Assembly: GCF_964204645.1 (NCBI RefSeq)
Contig: NC_134033.1
Coordinates: forward strand, 13,152,655 to 13,216,654
DNA from: Tubulanus polymorphus
Lineage: Eukaryota; Animalia; Nemertea
Direction of reading: 5' to 3'
Length of the DNA stretch: 64,000 nucleotides
Each line of letters opens with the position of its first letter. Within the stretch, counting starts at the first letter, position 1. Of the stretch, positions 1 through 13,963 are shown piece by piece. The notes under the pieces were generated by a model. That model did not search any database, was not told where the DNA came from, and saw nothing but the letters and a program-made list of their open reading frames with translations. A program made the position numbers and the translations under genes.

Positions 1-1416
1 TGCTCTGCCGCCGCCGCTGCTGCTGCCGGGTTCCAGTCGCATGTTACTATACTCTGTTTCGAGTGTTATTGATTCTCGATGTTGTTTCTTCTGCTTTCAT
101 ATCAGTCGTTACCCATGATGCCTGCGTTTCCAATGGAACTGGGCCCAGTTCCACAGTTGTGGGCTCTTAAACCGTGAACACGTTGAGACCATTTGGCGCC
201 TAATTAGAGAGTGTGTTTGAAAGTAAAATACTCATTGAATACTTTAAAAAAAGGCATTTGAAGCGAAGCATTTCCAGTTAACGCTTAATTTGGCCGAATT
301 TGCTAAGATTTTACATGCAATGATTTGGCCCTTGCTACTATTTGGCATGGGCCTGGTCTGATGCTTTTGGCGGAACCAAATCTGGCACTGGCCGAATTTG
401 TGCCCATGCCAAATCAATTTAGTTTCTTCATCTAAAATTGGTTCATTATTGCGAAACGATTAACGCTTTTCGATAATTTCATTTTGGATATGGAGCCAGA
501 ACGGGCTCAGTCCGTACCTTAAGTCTAACTCATTTTTGGTTTGAAAACTGCATATGTTTTGCCACTGTTGCACAATCGCTATCCGACTTGGGGACGGTTT
601 CAGAAAAAAAACGTTTAAATTCATGTTTGTTCGAAATAGAAAATCTCAGACTTCGTTATACAAGGCATGTGTATATAGACGTACTACATCATAGCAACAA
701 TAATGAATTGATGAACTCCACCCTACTAAGAAAAAATATGCCACCAGTTTCATATTTGTTTTATTCGCTATATGAAAATTCACTGAACATTAATGATAAC
801 GCATTGTTTTCGGTACTCCGGGGATCTAGCATGCGTATATAGACGTGCAACGTACTATAAACATGTTTATAGCATCCCGCTGACGGTTTAACACCCCGAG
901 GTGATGATCACAGCGTGAATGAATGAACTCTGAATTGAAATATGATTATTGTGTATGAATTCAGAAATATAAAATCCTATGTTAGTACATGTAGCGGTAT
1001 TTATAGGTACAATTTCGATGAATTTAAGTCAAGAATATCAAAATTTGAGTTTGGAAACGCGACAGGTTTTTGTTTCTCACTAAAGACCATCAGGTGCATT
1101 GGCAAGTTAACAATTATGAGGGTGTGTGTTTTTTCAGATATGGGCGTCGGCTTGAAATTCAGGTCGGGAGCTGTTACGAAGCATTTCCTGCATTTTGGGT
1201 TCTAAATTTCTGTGGATATCCGTAGTGTTCAACAAAGGGTTTTGGGCGGCCCAACTCAGCTTAAAAACGGACAAACGCCCAACATTAACCCCTAAACACA
1301 CCCACTATGTTTTTAAGAACTTACGTTTAAAAGAATAGGAACCTTTCCCCCTTACTGTTTCAATTGTTACAGAATCGCTTAACGTTTTTTGTTTTTCTTT
1401 CTCTTTGCAGGTGAGA

Positions 1417-1448
<32 letters not shown>

Positions 1449-1733
1449 TTGTTCGGTGGGCGGCGAAGCTCTAAAATAAACACTCAACTGAAGGTGTAGT
1501 AGACTAGTGTATTACCCCCACAATCTGGTGTGATTTAACTCCTAAAGATCCCATCGTTCTTTTTATTTTCTTCTCTCACACTCCTCTTCTTGTAATCATA
1601 TATTACTGATACCTCGGTTTTTCTAAGCACTCTGTTTTCCTTGAGTCTTAGTAGTGTGGGATTCTAGTTGTATAGTTAGGTGTCTTGTTTAAAAACGTTC
1701 GTTTCAACGCTTATTGTGATCACGGCTACCACC

Positions 1734-2017
1734 AGGGGCCGGTTGCATTGTCATGGCTTAAGACTTAAGACCAGTCTAAGACCAACTTAGTTCTATAGCG
1801 AATCTTACAACTTAAGACCAGTCTAAAGATTTAAGACCACTTTTGGACTTGAGTCATGACCCAACACTAGAACCCTGGGGCCGGTTGCACAGTCAGGACT
1901 TGGACTTAAGACCAGTCTAAGACCAACTTAGTTCTATAGCCAATCTAACAACTTAAGACCCATCTTAATATTTAAGACCACTTTTGGACTGAAGTCATGA
2001 CTATGCAACTGGACCCT
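1734..2017. mobile_element. Two tandem ~140-bp MITE copies (GGGGCCGGTTGCA...TGCAACTGGACCC family)
   Basis: Near-identical units at 1734-1860 and 1876-2017, with TIRs and internal CTTAAGACC repeats. Related termini or fragments near 135-170, 6465-6630, 9640-10030, 23520-23655, 25320-25435, 26190-26300, 50280-50410 and 53400-53540. Confidence 0.7.
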
Positions 2018-3024
2018 GGATTGATGAGAGACTAGTATGTGAAATACCAAAGACTAGCCATTGAGCCCGAATGCACTGAGTTTCAAAGCCGATTTTGCTT
2101 TGAAAACTCTAGACATATGTCTCAGTCAGGATGAGAGCTTCTTATTAGGGTCTAGTTTCAACTTGGGAATGTAAATATGTCGATCTCTCGTAAATAGATC
2201 ACTGACTTGATTAATGAGTCTACAAACCATCTTAACATTGACGAATCAAATATCGGATCTCGGGGAATGTTGAGAAATCTCTCTCTCCAGATTTCATTAC
2301 GTAATATCATGTTACAGGTTTTATAGAGTGAGGATGTTCACAGATCTCTCTCTCGCTTGGTCTCAACGTGGGGGGTGGAGAGAATCGAGTTGATAAATGA
2401 AATCAGCTGCGACAGGATTTAAATTGAATTTCACCGTTGACGTTCGCCGCCGACGCGGAATTTCGTCTTCTTCGACGTCGAAATACTTCATTAAGAGATC
2501 AATATACATTCTCCGGTGTTGTGTCTAGGGCGGTAGATGTCATCGCGCGACGCTGCCGGGGTCCGGGGGTGCGAACGTCGTCGACGAGATCGCTCGTCGA
2601 GATTGCGTAATTCACTCGATCCGGGCTCGAATTAAACGCGAATCAGAGGAATCGGTCGGAATCCGATCAAATCTCGAACTGGCGATAAAATCAACGATTC
2701 AGAATAGGACGTTTCGAATATGCCTCGATACGCGTTTTAAATTGATTCTGGGTTTTTTGTCAGATGCGTTGAACATCTTAGTTGTCGAATAAACACTATA
2801 ATCCGTGTATACTGTAGATAAATGAAGAAATCCCACACTTCGAATTTAAAATTATACGATCAAATTTATTATTACGAAACCACAACGATTCGGCTGTTGA
2901 CTAACAGCCATCATCAGATCATTCCGGAATTCATGTCGGGCTAGCTTACAGCACGAGGGAAAAACAGTTTTTACTTGTTTCGCGACTGTGTGCGCGGATT
3001 GGCCGAGACTTGTTTGTCGGATCT

Positions 3025-3766
3025 TAAGGGGGCTCAGATCGACCTTACGATGCGACTCAACTGGTCAGCGACTGGTTTTCCGGCGACTACCACCGATCGT
3101 CGCACGATTTTTGTCGCCGATTCTAGTCGATCTGAGTCTAGCTACGACTGTCGTGCGACAGTTTTTCATGATCGGCGACTGAATCGCAGGAGTTGAACAT
3201 GTTCTACGACGCGACGGAACCAGTCGCCGACTCGTCGTCGTCTATGTGCGTGTTTCTGCGATGAGTTGCCGACTCCACAATTAATTTCAGCCAATCAGAG
3301 CGGCGGTACAAAAATGAACATGGCCCGCCAAATATGAAGGAAAGCTCATTGTTATTGTGAGAAGAGAAACACAGCCTCCATATACTTTCCACGACATTTT
3401 TGCATGTTGATAATAAAAAACCTTTGATGAATAACCTAAAATCATGAATATTATTTGAATCACTCTAAAAATTTCAATTTTTCTCTGACAATAATGCCGC
3501 TAAATTGATGGAGAGTTTATGGAATAAAAATGGCATACATATTGTTATTTTTTATTGGGAGATATGTGCACGTAGCTTTGAACGGGTCACGTGATCTACT
3601 TGTTGGGAGCCCACGACTCGGTGTATCGGTGTCGATGTGAGCGCGCTCACGTCCAGTCGTTACGACCAATAGCAACTGGTCGCCGATTATCGCTGAATTC
3701 GATCTGAGTGCAATCTACGATAGTCGCCGACAGTTGAGTCGCGTCGTAAGGTCGAGCCCGGCTTTA
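3025..3766. mobile_element. Non-autonomous DNA transposon with ~35-bp inverted ends (PIF/Harbinger-like MITE)
   Basis: TCGACCTTACGATGCGACTCAACTG (3039-3063) is the inverse of CAGTTGAGTCGCGTCGTAAGGTCGA (3731-3755); TAA/TTA flanks. Confidence 0.65.
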
Positions 3767-3878
3767 GCTACATTCAGGTCACCTGAGATCCACGATCATT
3801 TTGAACCGAACGTGTAAGTCATGTGATGTATACATCGCTGTTCATTGGCTACGACCTTACGATCGGTGGTAAGTACAT

Positions 3879-4046
3879 TCAGGTCACATACGATCCGGCG
3901 TCGTAAGAATTACGTAGAACATGTCCGATCGGCTTACGACTGGTCGATCAGCTCACTCCTGTCGGAAAAAATTCCCCGACTGAAAATCAGCGACTGGTTT
4001 CCGATTCCTTGCATTGCGACGATCTGGTCGAATGTGATGTGGCCTG
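3879..4046. mobile_element. Short MITE
   Basis: TIR TCAGGTCACAT ... ATGTGGCCTGA; internal motifs are shared with the adjacent element. Confidence 0.5.
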
Positions 4047-5013
4047 AGTTAGGCTTTAGAGTCCGTTAGCGAACTAGACATCAACATGCATTAATAAAAA
4101 ATGTGTTTTTTGTTTCGTGCGCACTAGGATTTTAAGATAATGCGCCATCAACTCCCCCTCAAGCATATATAGAATTGAGTTTCACGTCACGAAAGGTAAT
4201 TTCAGGTAAAAGTCTTTTATTCATATTTCCAATTAGAAGATGACGTCGTCGTCGATTTCTGCGGAATATTACGATGTGGATACGCGAGATCTTTCCTGGC
4301 GCGGCCATTGTCTTCATCGAAAACGGAAAAGTGTATCTCGTAACTGGTCGTGTTTCCGACTGCACTTATGAAATTGAAGAAAAAAAAACAGATGAAAATG
4401 TCGGTTATGATTCGATCGCGAATAAAAAACCCTGTCAGTTCCCAGCCTGTGCATCTATCCGATCTTCCTGGACAACCGGATAAAAGTCCTTTTCACGCTA
4501 ATATTTTATTTCTTAATATTCAAATAACTGTTTGAACAGACTGTCTATCTGTTTGTGTGTCTGTGTGTCTTAATGTCGATGTTGATGAGTACAATGTAAA
4601 TATAGCCTGTAAATATAGATTGGACCAGGATTGGTATGTTGATGGGTCAATTCTAAATTACAACAGACTAAATTCAAACCATTCTTTAAAACGTAGCTTG
4701 AACTCGTGCCCTATCCAGTATTTGCTACAGTTCGGAGACAGTTCTAGTTTCAATAGCTGGTTTATTGATTGGTTATTATAGCTGACGCGGGTTACATTGG
4801 GTTTGGTTGACATCTGAGAGTGAAAATAAGAGATCATTTGACTACTGTGTTGAATGAAGCTGGTTATAGTTATAGACCGTATATATTTTGATATTCCTAA
4901 CTGTTCGTGATTAATCTTTATTTCATGTGCTTCGGTTTTCTATACGCACCAATGGTTGTTGCTGGTTCTATCGAAATAGAAGTACATATCTGTCTGATCA
5001 TCACCGTCCTCAG

Positions 5014-5303
5014 ACTAGCTACACGACTAGCTACACGACTAGCTACACGACCAGCTACACGGTTAGCTACACGACTAGCTACACGACCAGCTACACGACT
5101 AGCTACATGACTAGCTGCCCAACTAGCTACACGACTAGTTACACGACTAGCTGCACGACTAGCTACACGACTAGCTATACGACTAGCTACACGACTAGCT
5201 ACACCACTAGCTACACCACTAGCTACACGACTAGCTGCACAACTAGCTACACGACTAGCTACATGACTAGCTGCACGACTAGCTACACGACTTGCTGCAC
5301 TAG
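5014..5303. repeat. 12-bp minisatellite (ACTAGCTACACG)n, ~24 copies
   Basis: Direct reading; it explains the TTSY and RLAT repeat ORFs. Confidence 0.95.
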
Positions 5304-7449
5304 TAGCCGGCTAAGTTTACTCTCGTGCCACTCTCCGTCGTTTTATGAAATCGTATTTACCCAAGAGAATTGATTATGTCGATGACAACGTTGAAGAGTT
5401 TGATGATGATGCTTGAACGAGCTGCAGCGTCGAGAGACGAGCAGCGACGATGAATCCTGACGTCATCGTCGCTGATGTGATGTCACGATCGACGGTCGTC
5501 GAAGAATTATCGATTCGGTTTTTGGTTTCGTTCTCAGAAATTGTTCGCGTAACGCCGGAGAAAAATATTCGTTTTCTTTCAATATGTAGAGCAACTGTTG
5601 CAGATGCCGACCTTGGAATTAATGTAATGTAAATATATTGATATCGATAATGAACTTGGATGTTATGATTCGTAATGATTTATCGGATGATGATGCGATG
5701 AATAGGAAATTTTCTACCCAAATGATGTCGTACCAGAAATAATGAACTATCAGTAATTATGTTAAAAAAAAAACAGATTTTCTGGTCCACAGGGGACAGT
5801 TTTAATTCAACTTAGCCATTGGAGTTAACCCCGGAGCAAAGGATAGAGAGCAAAGGAGAAGAAGAGAGAGGGAGACGAGGGACAGAGACAGAGAAATGAG
5901 AGGGAGGGGAGAGGGAAAAGTAAAGGGAGAATACAGAGAGAGGGGAGGGAAGGAAGGAGAAGTGGGAGATGGGGAGGGAGATGCAGAGATGTAAATGTGA
6001 GAATAATTGTATTGGGTTTTTTATCATAGTGACGCACGCCACGCAAGACGTTAGTTTTGTGATGTCATCAACGGCTGCGGCTGCTATTTCATCCTAGTGT
6101 CAAATTCATTTCCGTGAAAAATAACCGACTGACGGCTACCGCTGCTGCTGCTGCTACCGCTGCTGCTGCCTTGTGTAATCTGATTGGATACGTGCAACTG
6201 TAAACTGTCGTGAGATCAGGATATTATCATCATCGACAGCAAAAACCTCTTCAGTCCACATAGCCGTTTAATAAACACGCGCCACTAATTTGTTTTCAAA
6301 TATACTTCATATCATCTCTATCTGAAGATTGTCAGTTCTTCAGCAAGTTTCAAAACGGACCACTAAGTGCCAGAGGTGTCCGGTTTTATTTGACCAATAT
6401 CCATTTTCGCAAATACTAGCCACGCCAATAGTGCTTGATCAGTTTCCCCGAACGGATTAATATGACTGGATCCAGTTCCACAGTTGTGTGGGTTTAGTTT
6501 GACTGTGGATTCAGTTCCACAATGTGAGTTTAATTTAACTGTGGATCCAAATCCAAATTTGTGTGGGTTCAATTTGACCCTGGATCCAGTTCGACAATTG
6601 TGTGGGTTTTGATGAGGGTCCAGTTCAGTAGACTCATTTTTGTTTAAGTGGGCTGAATAATGGATCTTTTTGTTGAACTCTTGCTCGAGAATAGATTCTT
6701 AACTGAATCGCGACGAAAACTACTGACCATGAGATTTCGCGGAACAACCGTGCTAAAAAAAGTGCTAGTCCGTCCAAAACGCCACTTCCACCCGCAAATA
6801 ACTTCTATACACAATCAGGAATTGGCTATAAATCATGTTTTATCAGCGAAGATGAGAGCGTTCGTCCATTAATTCCGCGTTTGTTTTACAGCCGAATCGT
6901 GAAGATATTTTCTCCGCGCGTGATTCGCGGATTTGGAAAAAGTCAGTAACGCGGCTATTTCAGTGTCGTACGTAGGCGTCGGGTACGTACCGTGTACTTG
7001 ATACGTTCGTCACGGAATAACCGGTTATTTGGTGAGCGTCGATTCTAACCGGAATCGGGGATGAGTGTCTCCCGCCTCCGGCACGTGAGATAGATTGAAC
7101 GATTTCGAAGAATCGTTGCCATTTTCGCACTCCATAGATTTCTTTCTTAGTTCCTGAACTAGATTGGCATCACTCGGGCGGATTTTACAGTTCGACCCAT
7201 AATGAGGTGGCCACCGACCTAGAAACCTTGAAAAACTCAGGGAATGAATATGTGATTCATGAAAAAGTAATAGATTGCAAACATCGTAAACCAAGAAATT
7301 TTTCCATTCATCTGCCGCAAATTTACTCGCATTTTGCGTCAGAATATGGACAAATTTAAATTTGCAAATGGATGAGAATTCAGCATAGTTACCGTATCTG
7401 AAGTCTTTGTATTTTCTGAAAGGGGTTTCACGTGTCTTTTATTCATGAC

Positions 7450-7451
<2 letters not shown>

Positions 7452-7500
<49 letters not shown>
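7452..7500. repeat. (CAG)16 microsatellite
   Basis: Perfect AGC repeat run. Confidence 0.95.
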
Positions 7501-7501
<1 letters not shown>

Positions 7502-8608
7502 CGACCGTGTCCAAGATCTAGTTAGAAACATCTGCAAACCACATCGGAGAAATATATGTGAAAATTATTTAATGTCATCGGTCATTAGCAAATGACACAG
7601 AAATATCCGGTCCACTCATTTATTGTAGCTGATAAATTTTTACTCCGGTATCTCTTGAGGTGAGGCCTTATTTTATCGCCGAATGATTTCCGTCTGAGAC
7701 TTTTAGGAGGGACTATTAATAATGCTGTTCTATTCCGACTAGAGTTACCGGATGACGTCACGTAGACAGCCACAAGGAACGCCAAAAAAAAAAAAAACGT
7801 TTTCTATGAAACACACTTTCAAAATAATGCGCTTAGAAAACGTGGTTTTTTCTTTGCATGCGTCGTTTTTAAACCAGATTCGAAGAAAATATTTACAGCA
7901 TAAACCTTGAAATGCGGTTGGTGAAAACAAAAAGCCCTGGTGGCCTTGACCTTGAATAACACGTTCTTAAAAGTCTTCACGGGCGTCTGTTTCGGTGACC
8001 TTTCTTTTTTGTCGCTTTTTAAACTCGTGATTAATAAGCTTTCACCTCTAGATAATCAACGCCGTCGACGGAAGACACCGAGAATTTTCTTTCGATCCAT
8101 CGCGTTTCACCGAGAAGCCAGTTTCATCGCACGTCGTTGACGGGTTTAAACGAGTGTGAATCGCTTAATCAGACATCGTCATCGTCGACGACCCGACCTC
8201 GGAATCGTCATTGTTTCGGAATTCAGGATTATCAGTCGACGACCGAATTGTTAACGGGAAAAACGATAAAATTAACTCAATTAATTGAAGATGATCGCGT
8301 TCACCATGCCGCCTGCTGCCCCCAGCGCGAACGCAAGCATCCAACTGTCACATACTTTCAGTGCATTTCAATTAAACTCATTTGACATCCTTCACTCTCG
8401 ATGCTCTTCAAATAGATCAAATCGAATGTAGTGAACGTCTCGTATATCCAGCTTCTTAACAGGTGGTGTGAACGTTCGTCATCAAAATCATTTTCAATCA
8501 ATTTTTGAACGTGGTTTTTTGGCTCTTGTATCGAATATTATCATGCAGTCAGAAATATGATTGATAGGAGTTTTATATTTTTATGAAGTAATGTTAAAAA
8601 ATTTAAAA

Positions 8609-9003
8609 AGTTTCATGATCTCTGGGTCTATTTCAAAAGTTTCATGATCTCTGAGTTCAATTTGACCCAGTTTTCATGATATCTGAGTTCAATTTGACCC
8701 AGTTTCATGATCTCTGAGTTCAAATTGACCCAGTTTCATGGTCTCTGAGTTCAATTTGACCCAGTTTCATGCTCTTTAAGATAGTTTTGAACCAGTATCA
8801 TGGTCCCTGAATTAAGTTTGACCTTGTTTCATAGCTTCTTAGTGTAGATTGACCCAATTTCTCGGTTGTTTACTAAGATTTGACTCGGTAACACAGTCTC
8901 TTAGCTTCTCAGTGTATGGGTTCAATTTGACCCAGTTTCACAGTCTCACTTCTACAATTCGACCCAGTTTCACCAGACTTCGAGTTTAATTTCGACCCAG
9001 TTT
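8609..9003. repeat. Degenerate ~31-33-bp minisatellite (GTTTCATGATCTCTGAGTTCAATTTGACCCA)
   Basis: About 12 copies, decaying toward the 3' end. Confidence 0.85.
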
Positions 9004-12000
9004 TCGATAATACGATATGAAATACTTTCACTTTTAGATTGAAACTCTTCGTCCCAAGGCGCGTCGATATGAATGAATAGCTTTATATACAGCGTTATAA
9101 TTACGTTGAATATCGTCGGCAGCAACGGAGGCAACAATCATGAATATATCGTTCGCGTATAAGTGCCGTTATCTGAGAGTTGTATTTGTTCAGCAGTCGA
9201 CTGCGGCAGTTACCTACAAACACTAATCCTCACTAGCGTCAATCGATTCCGGTACACAGTAAATCTTTTATCCCCCGATCGCGACGTCTGGGACGCGTGC
9301 GCAACTTCGTTCGAATGTTTTTTGCCGAATAGATTTTCAAACTTGTCGGTTTCTTGTTCGCCGTGTTTTTGTATGATCGTCCTGTGGGATATCGCCGAAT
9401 GAATGTTGCAAACATTTTTTTTGCGCGACATTACTCCCCGGAGATTGCTGATGATTTGATTCAGGTATTGGTGGAAATGAGATCAACCACCATTGAGTCG
9501 ATGAACAATAGATGGTGCTAATCAATAGATTGACCCAATCACGATTCAATCACAGAATGTTCGGCATTCAGCATTCAATTGATAGAAACTTGTTCCTACC
9601 AAGATTTAAACCATTTGATGGTTATTTTGGTTCAAAGTCAGTCTTAACAACTTAACACCAGTCTAAACTCATAGCTCATTTTGGTTCTATAACGAATATA
9701 ACTGTTCTGAAGAGAATATTAAGTTGTACTTTTGGCATAAGCTTGTGCTGCCACCTGGTTTGTTTTTTGGTTGTCACTGAGGATTGATGAAGATAACAAT
9801 GGCTGTGCTTGGCCAGAATAAAAGAAAAGTATAGTTAAAATCTGGCTCCATCCTATTATTTTGGTCTCTTGTGGACATATGACAACTCTAAGACCAGTCT
9901 AAGCGCATCGGTTTCTGAAGTCATTCTAACAACTTAAGACCAGTCTCAACACATATTGGTTCAATGGCGAATCTAACAACAATCCATAGTGATTTTGCAG
10001 CAAATCTTACATCGTAGACCAGTCTTAAGGGTTTTAGTCACTAATGCATCGATGCTTCAAGTTGCTAACCACACGGTTTACCAGCAAGGTACCAAACAGT
10101 GCCAAGATACTCAGAATATGAACAAGGCTGTGCAGAAAACCCGATATCGCTGCTTTGCAGCTATATTTGAAAATTTTGTTTTTTCCCGATATACTGGTAA
10201 CAGTGTATTTTTAATCAGTCTTTAAACTTAGCCGGGTTTTGTGGCGTCGTTTCAACCTCGACATTCTCCATCATTCCAATGCATCAAACTCGCAACGAGT
10301 GAGATTTACGTCTCGCGTCGTCCTCGCAAGTTTTAATTTGATTTACGCGCGAAACGGAAAAGAAAAAGCCAAATGCCAGACAATTTAGCGACGTAACGGT
10401 CAATCCTATTCGACATCAAAGGGATGAACGCGGTGCCGATAATTTTGAAAGTCTGATCATGCCGCGGGGCGCATCCGTAGAAGTCTTTTGTATTTGTGCA
10501 ACGGTGCACGAAAACTAAAATCTGAAGAGGATTTTTTTTCGAGATGGCAATAAACCGATTCTGTTGTAAATTAACTGTTTTAAAAGCCGCTTCCGCGAAA
10601 TGGAGATTTCTCTTTTGAGTACAATCGACTTTTTAAGATCCAATTTCAACAGCAAATGGGAAAAATAATCTCTGATATTGAATGTCATGGTTTGATTTGA
10701 TAGAAAGTATAGGCCTATACGTGTACACAAAATACATATTTTATATGTATTTTGTATATACATTTGTTTGGATATTGGGACCTGGTAAAGGTACGGAAGA
10801 GTATAGAAAATCATATATAGACTACAAATAGTACGAACCCTCTTAAAATATATAGTATCAAAAATTCATAAAGACTAAGTATACAAGTATTCGCATGCGA
10901 AATGGTTACGAGGCCATACATCCATACATTATGTAAGCGATTTTCAAAAAGCCATAGTTATATCCATTATTGAGATCACTATCAACACTACCTGAGTACA
11001 ATCAAGTATCGCATTGTATCGCTAATGGACGTGTGGAAAACCGATCGAATTTTTTCTTCGCAAACGCAATCGACTTTACGTAGTTTTAGTTTTTTTTTAT
11101 TTATACATCGCGGACAACTTTGAATGACAGCTGCGGAAATTCGCATTGATATTTTGATACGCCGCCGCGCGGTATCAATAGCGGTTGGCAGGCCTAGCAC
11201 TTCTGATTGCCAGACATGTCAACAAACAAACCATCGTGACATTGGCCGACAATTCGGACAGCGTATTCGGCGAATACAGGAATGTTGTCTACACGCACAC
11301 TGCGTCACTCCTCTCGACGACCTATGTGACTGAATTCATCGAGCTTGAACCTTCCTAGACTGTGTACACTATCACAAATCAAGTTAGCCAATAAATAACC
11401 ATGGTCCAAACTAGAGCAGTCAGATTCAGCTTCTATTGGTTCTCGTGCGTCTGTGAGACCCTTATTCTTGTACTGTCTGTTCTGTGTGTGTGTCTTTCAG
11501 CGTCTTAGCTTCGTTGATAGTGGATCAGTCTCGATGAAACTTGGGTACAATGTTAGTATGGGGGGTCTAGTTGTACAGTACGCCACCTAGCAGCAGAACT
11601 ATAAACTTTTTCACCGATATGACCTTGAAGACGACCTCATAACTGAGGAACGAAATTTGAAAAAGTTGTCCCGACGAAATTTAGTTATTGGCCCTAGATA
11701 CAACATATCCAAAAAGCAAAGGGAACTAGTTCGTGGTAATTTCCGAGTTTGGGAACTGTTGTTGCTTATGGCTTGTATGTAGTTAATGACTGAAGACCAT
11801 TTTCACGCTTCAATTGTGATTGCGCAACTGAGCCCAGAAGCCATTCGCATTATTCACCTGTCCATCTTGCTTCTGAAGCCAATCTACCACCTTAAGACCA
11901 GTCCTTACTATTCGGTATTAAATATGGTTAGTGTTTATTCATACCACGTATAACCGTGATGAACCGTGACTAGCTCGCGATCATATTATCATAAACCCTA

Positions 12001-12584
12001 CATTAACTAGCCTCGCGTTTTTATATCGTTATAACTCAGGTTTATTAACTCGCGTGTAGACATAGCCTTCTCGATTTTCTGTCCGCAGTACGATGAACAA
12101 CGATCATTTTAAAAAAACTGTAGCCGTCCGATTGTTAATTTGATTTAAGGTCTCGTTTTTGCCGTATTTCATATCGTATTATTGGATTTTCGACCAGTCC
12201 GAGAGTCAGCGTATATCAGAATAACAACTGATCCAGAGTGGCGAGGAAAAAGCTTTGACAACTGAATATAAGGGGAAAGTGGGGGATTTTTAAGTCTGGC
12301 ATACATCGGACTGGCAACTGATCATTACTGGTGAGCGAGTACATCGAAAATCTAGTAAAAACTAGCAACAGCGTCTAGATCCACAGCGCGTACATCGACG
12401 GCAACTGAGATGTCTTATCCAGCAAATATTCTGGAGGGCAAGTCACGTGTCATTTTCCTTTGTACGACCAGTTGTTCAGAAGTAGAACGTGAGCAACTGG
12501 TTGGAACTGGAGATGGATCATCGCTTACCAGCTGTGAGCTCCGATATATCGACACATTCAAGCTACTGATTGTATCCAGCCAGT

Positions 12585-12816
12585 TCCAGGGGCGGATCTA
12601 GGGTCTGACTCGACGCGGGTGCACCCCCAAATAGGCTGATTATAAAAACGAACAGGGCACCCTGAAATAAAGCTCATCGGAAAACACGTAATTCATTTTT
12701 GGAAAGACAGAGAACAATTTAAACTTTGTTAAACATATTTCATTTTCCCCTGATATTTCAAGGCAACTTAACATTGTTAAGGGGCTGCACACACCCCCAT
12801 AACCTCTCCTTGGATC
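12585..12816. mobile_element. hAT-like MITE (CAGGGGCGGATCTAGG...) inserted into another repeat
   Basis: Reverse copy at ~52970-53190. The flanks (12440-12584 and 12817-12870) join to match the uninterrupted copy at ~15660-15838. Confidence 0.65.
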
Positions 12817-13735
12817 TTGCTGAAAACTACCTGGCAACTAGTTGTCTCCAAGTACTTTGTCGATGTTTAACGAATAGTTTTCGTGGGGTTTCATGTACGA
12901 CTAACCACAACCACCACCAACACCACCACCGTATCATAACCACTTCCACAACCACCACCACAACCACCTCCACCGCATCATAACAGTGATTTACTAATCA
13001 CTATTAGAACTGCCTTCATCGTTCTACTACTGATATATGATCTATTACATATATGATATATTACCAACGACGTGTATAGTTTATACATGGGCGGTATTAC
13101 TTTGTAATAAATGGCGTAGTCCTTTAATACGTAGTCAATAAACCAATTCATTATAGAAACTGCTGGTTTATCGGATACCATCATACTGTCAATGGAGGGA
13201 GCATCATTGGAATGGCTCGGAGAAATGGGAGTGACAAGGAGTCAAGCGAAGGAGGGAGGGATGGAGGACAGGTAGTCAGAGGTTTGAGTTTGAAAGAAAA
13301 GTCAGTGAATGAAGCCGGATGGAGAAAAAGATTTAGCAAGCACTTAGGTCGAGAGGTTTACCTAATCCGTGTTCTGTTGTTACCTAAAGCATGCAACAAG
13401 AAAAATCTCAAAACAAGAAACAGAGATTGCCTAAAAACGTTTCTGATTCGTGTTTATTTCATGATGTGTCCATAAGACTGAAGTCATCTGAAGTTAAGAC
13501 TGTAGCCACAATCACACGGAGACAATTTGGCCTGGATCGGGCCCTGAGTGAAATTTCGCCGGTGCTTAATTAGGGAACGTGTTTACACGCAAACCACTAA
13601 CTTGATACTGAACAATGCTTAAACAAAGCGAAGTGAGACACTTCCGGAACCTGTTTGACCCGTGCTAGAATTTGGCTCAGGCCTGGTCCGACATTTTTGG
13701 TCCGGCCAAATTTGGCTTTAGTCCCATTGGAAGTC

Positions 13736-13963
13736 CAACCTCCCCCTGCAGGGATTCGAACCTGATGGCCACGGTATGAAACCCTGCCACACTAGACCGA
13801 GTGCGCAGCTATACGCGTAGCTTAGGCAATCTGATTGGTGCCGCAAGTTTTCGTGCGGCAAAGCTGCTCATGTACCTGCGCACCCGGTCTAGTGTGGCAG
13901 GGGTTCATGCCGTGGCTGCGTGTAGCGATGCCATCAGGTTCGAATCCCTGCCGAGGGTGGATG
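13736..13963. mobile_element. Foldback element with ~75-90-bp tRNA-like inverted arms and a 9-bp TSD (Mutator-like)
   Basis: Arms 13736-13808 and 13876-13963 are reverse complements, each with an A-box-like GGTCTAGTGTGG and a B-box GGTTCGAATCC. Flanks are ttggaagtc / tcggaagtc. Confidence 0.7.

Noticed and set aside
4907-5373. ORFs with TTSY / RLAT repeats (mucin-like)
   Set aside because: They are translations of the 12-bp minisatellite; there is no splice context or unique domain.
7452-7500. Possible polyglutamine exon
   Set aside because: No sustained ORF or credible splice sites around the CAG run.
8609-9003. CRISPR-like ~32-bp periodicity
   Set aside because: Head-to-tail repeats with no unique spacers, no cas genes and a eukaryotic context.
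13876-13963. tRNA gene
   Set aside because: A/B boxes are present, but there is no proper cloverleaf or anticodon arm; it is one arm of a foldback element.
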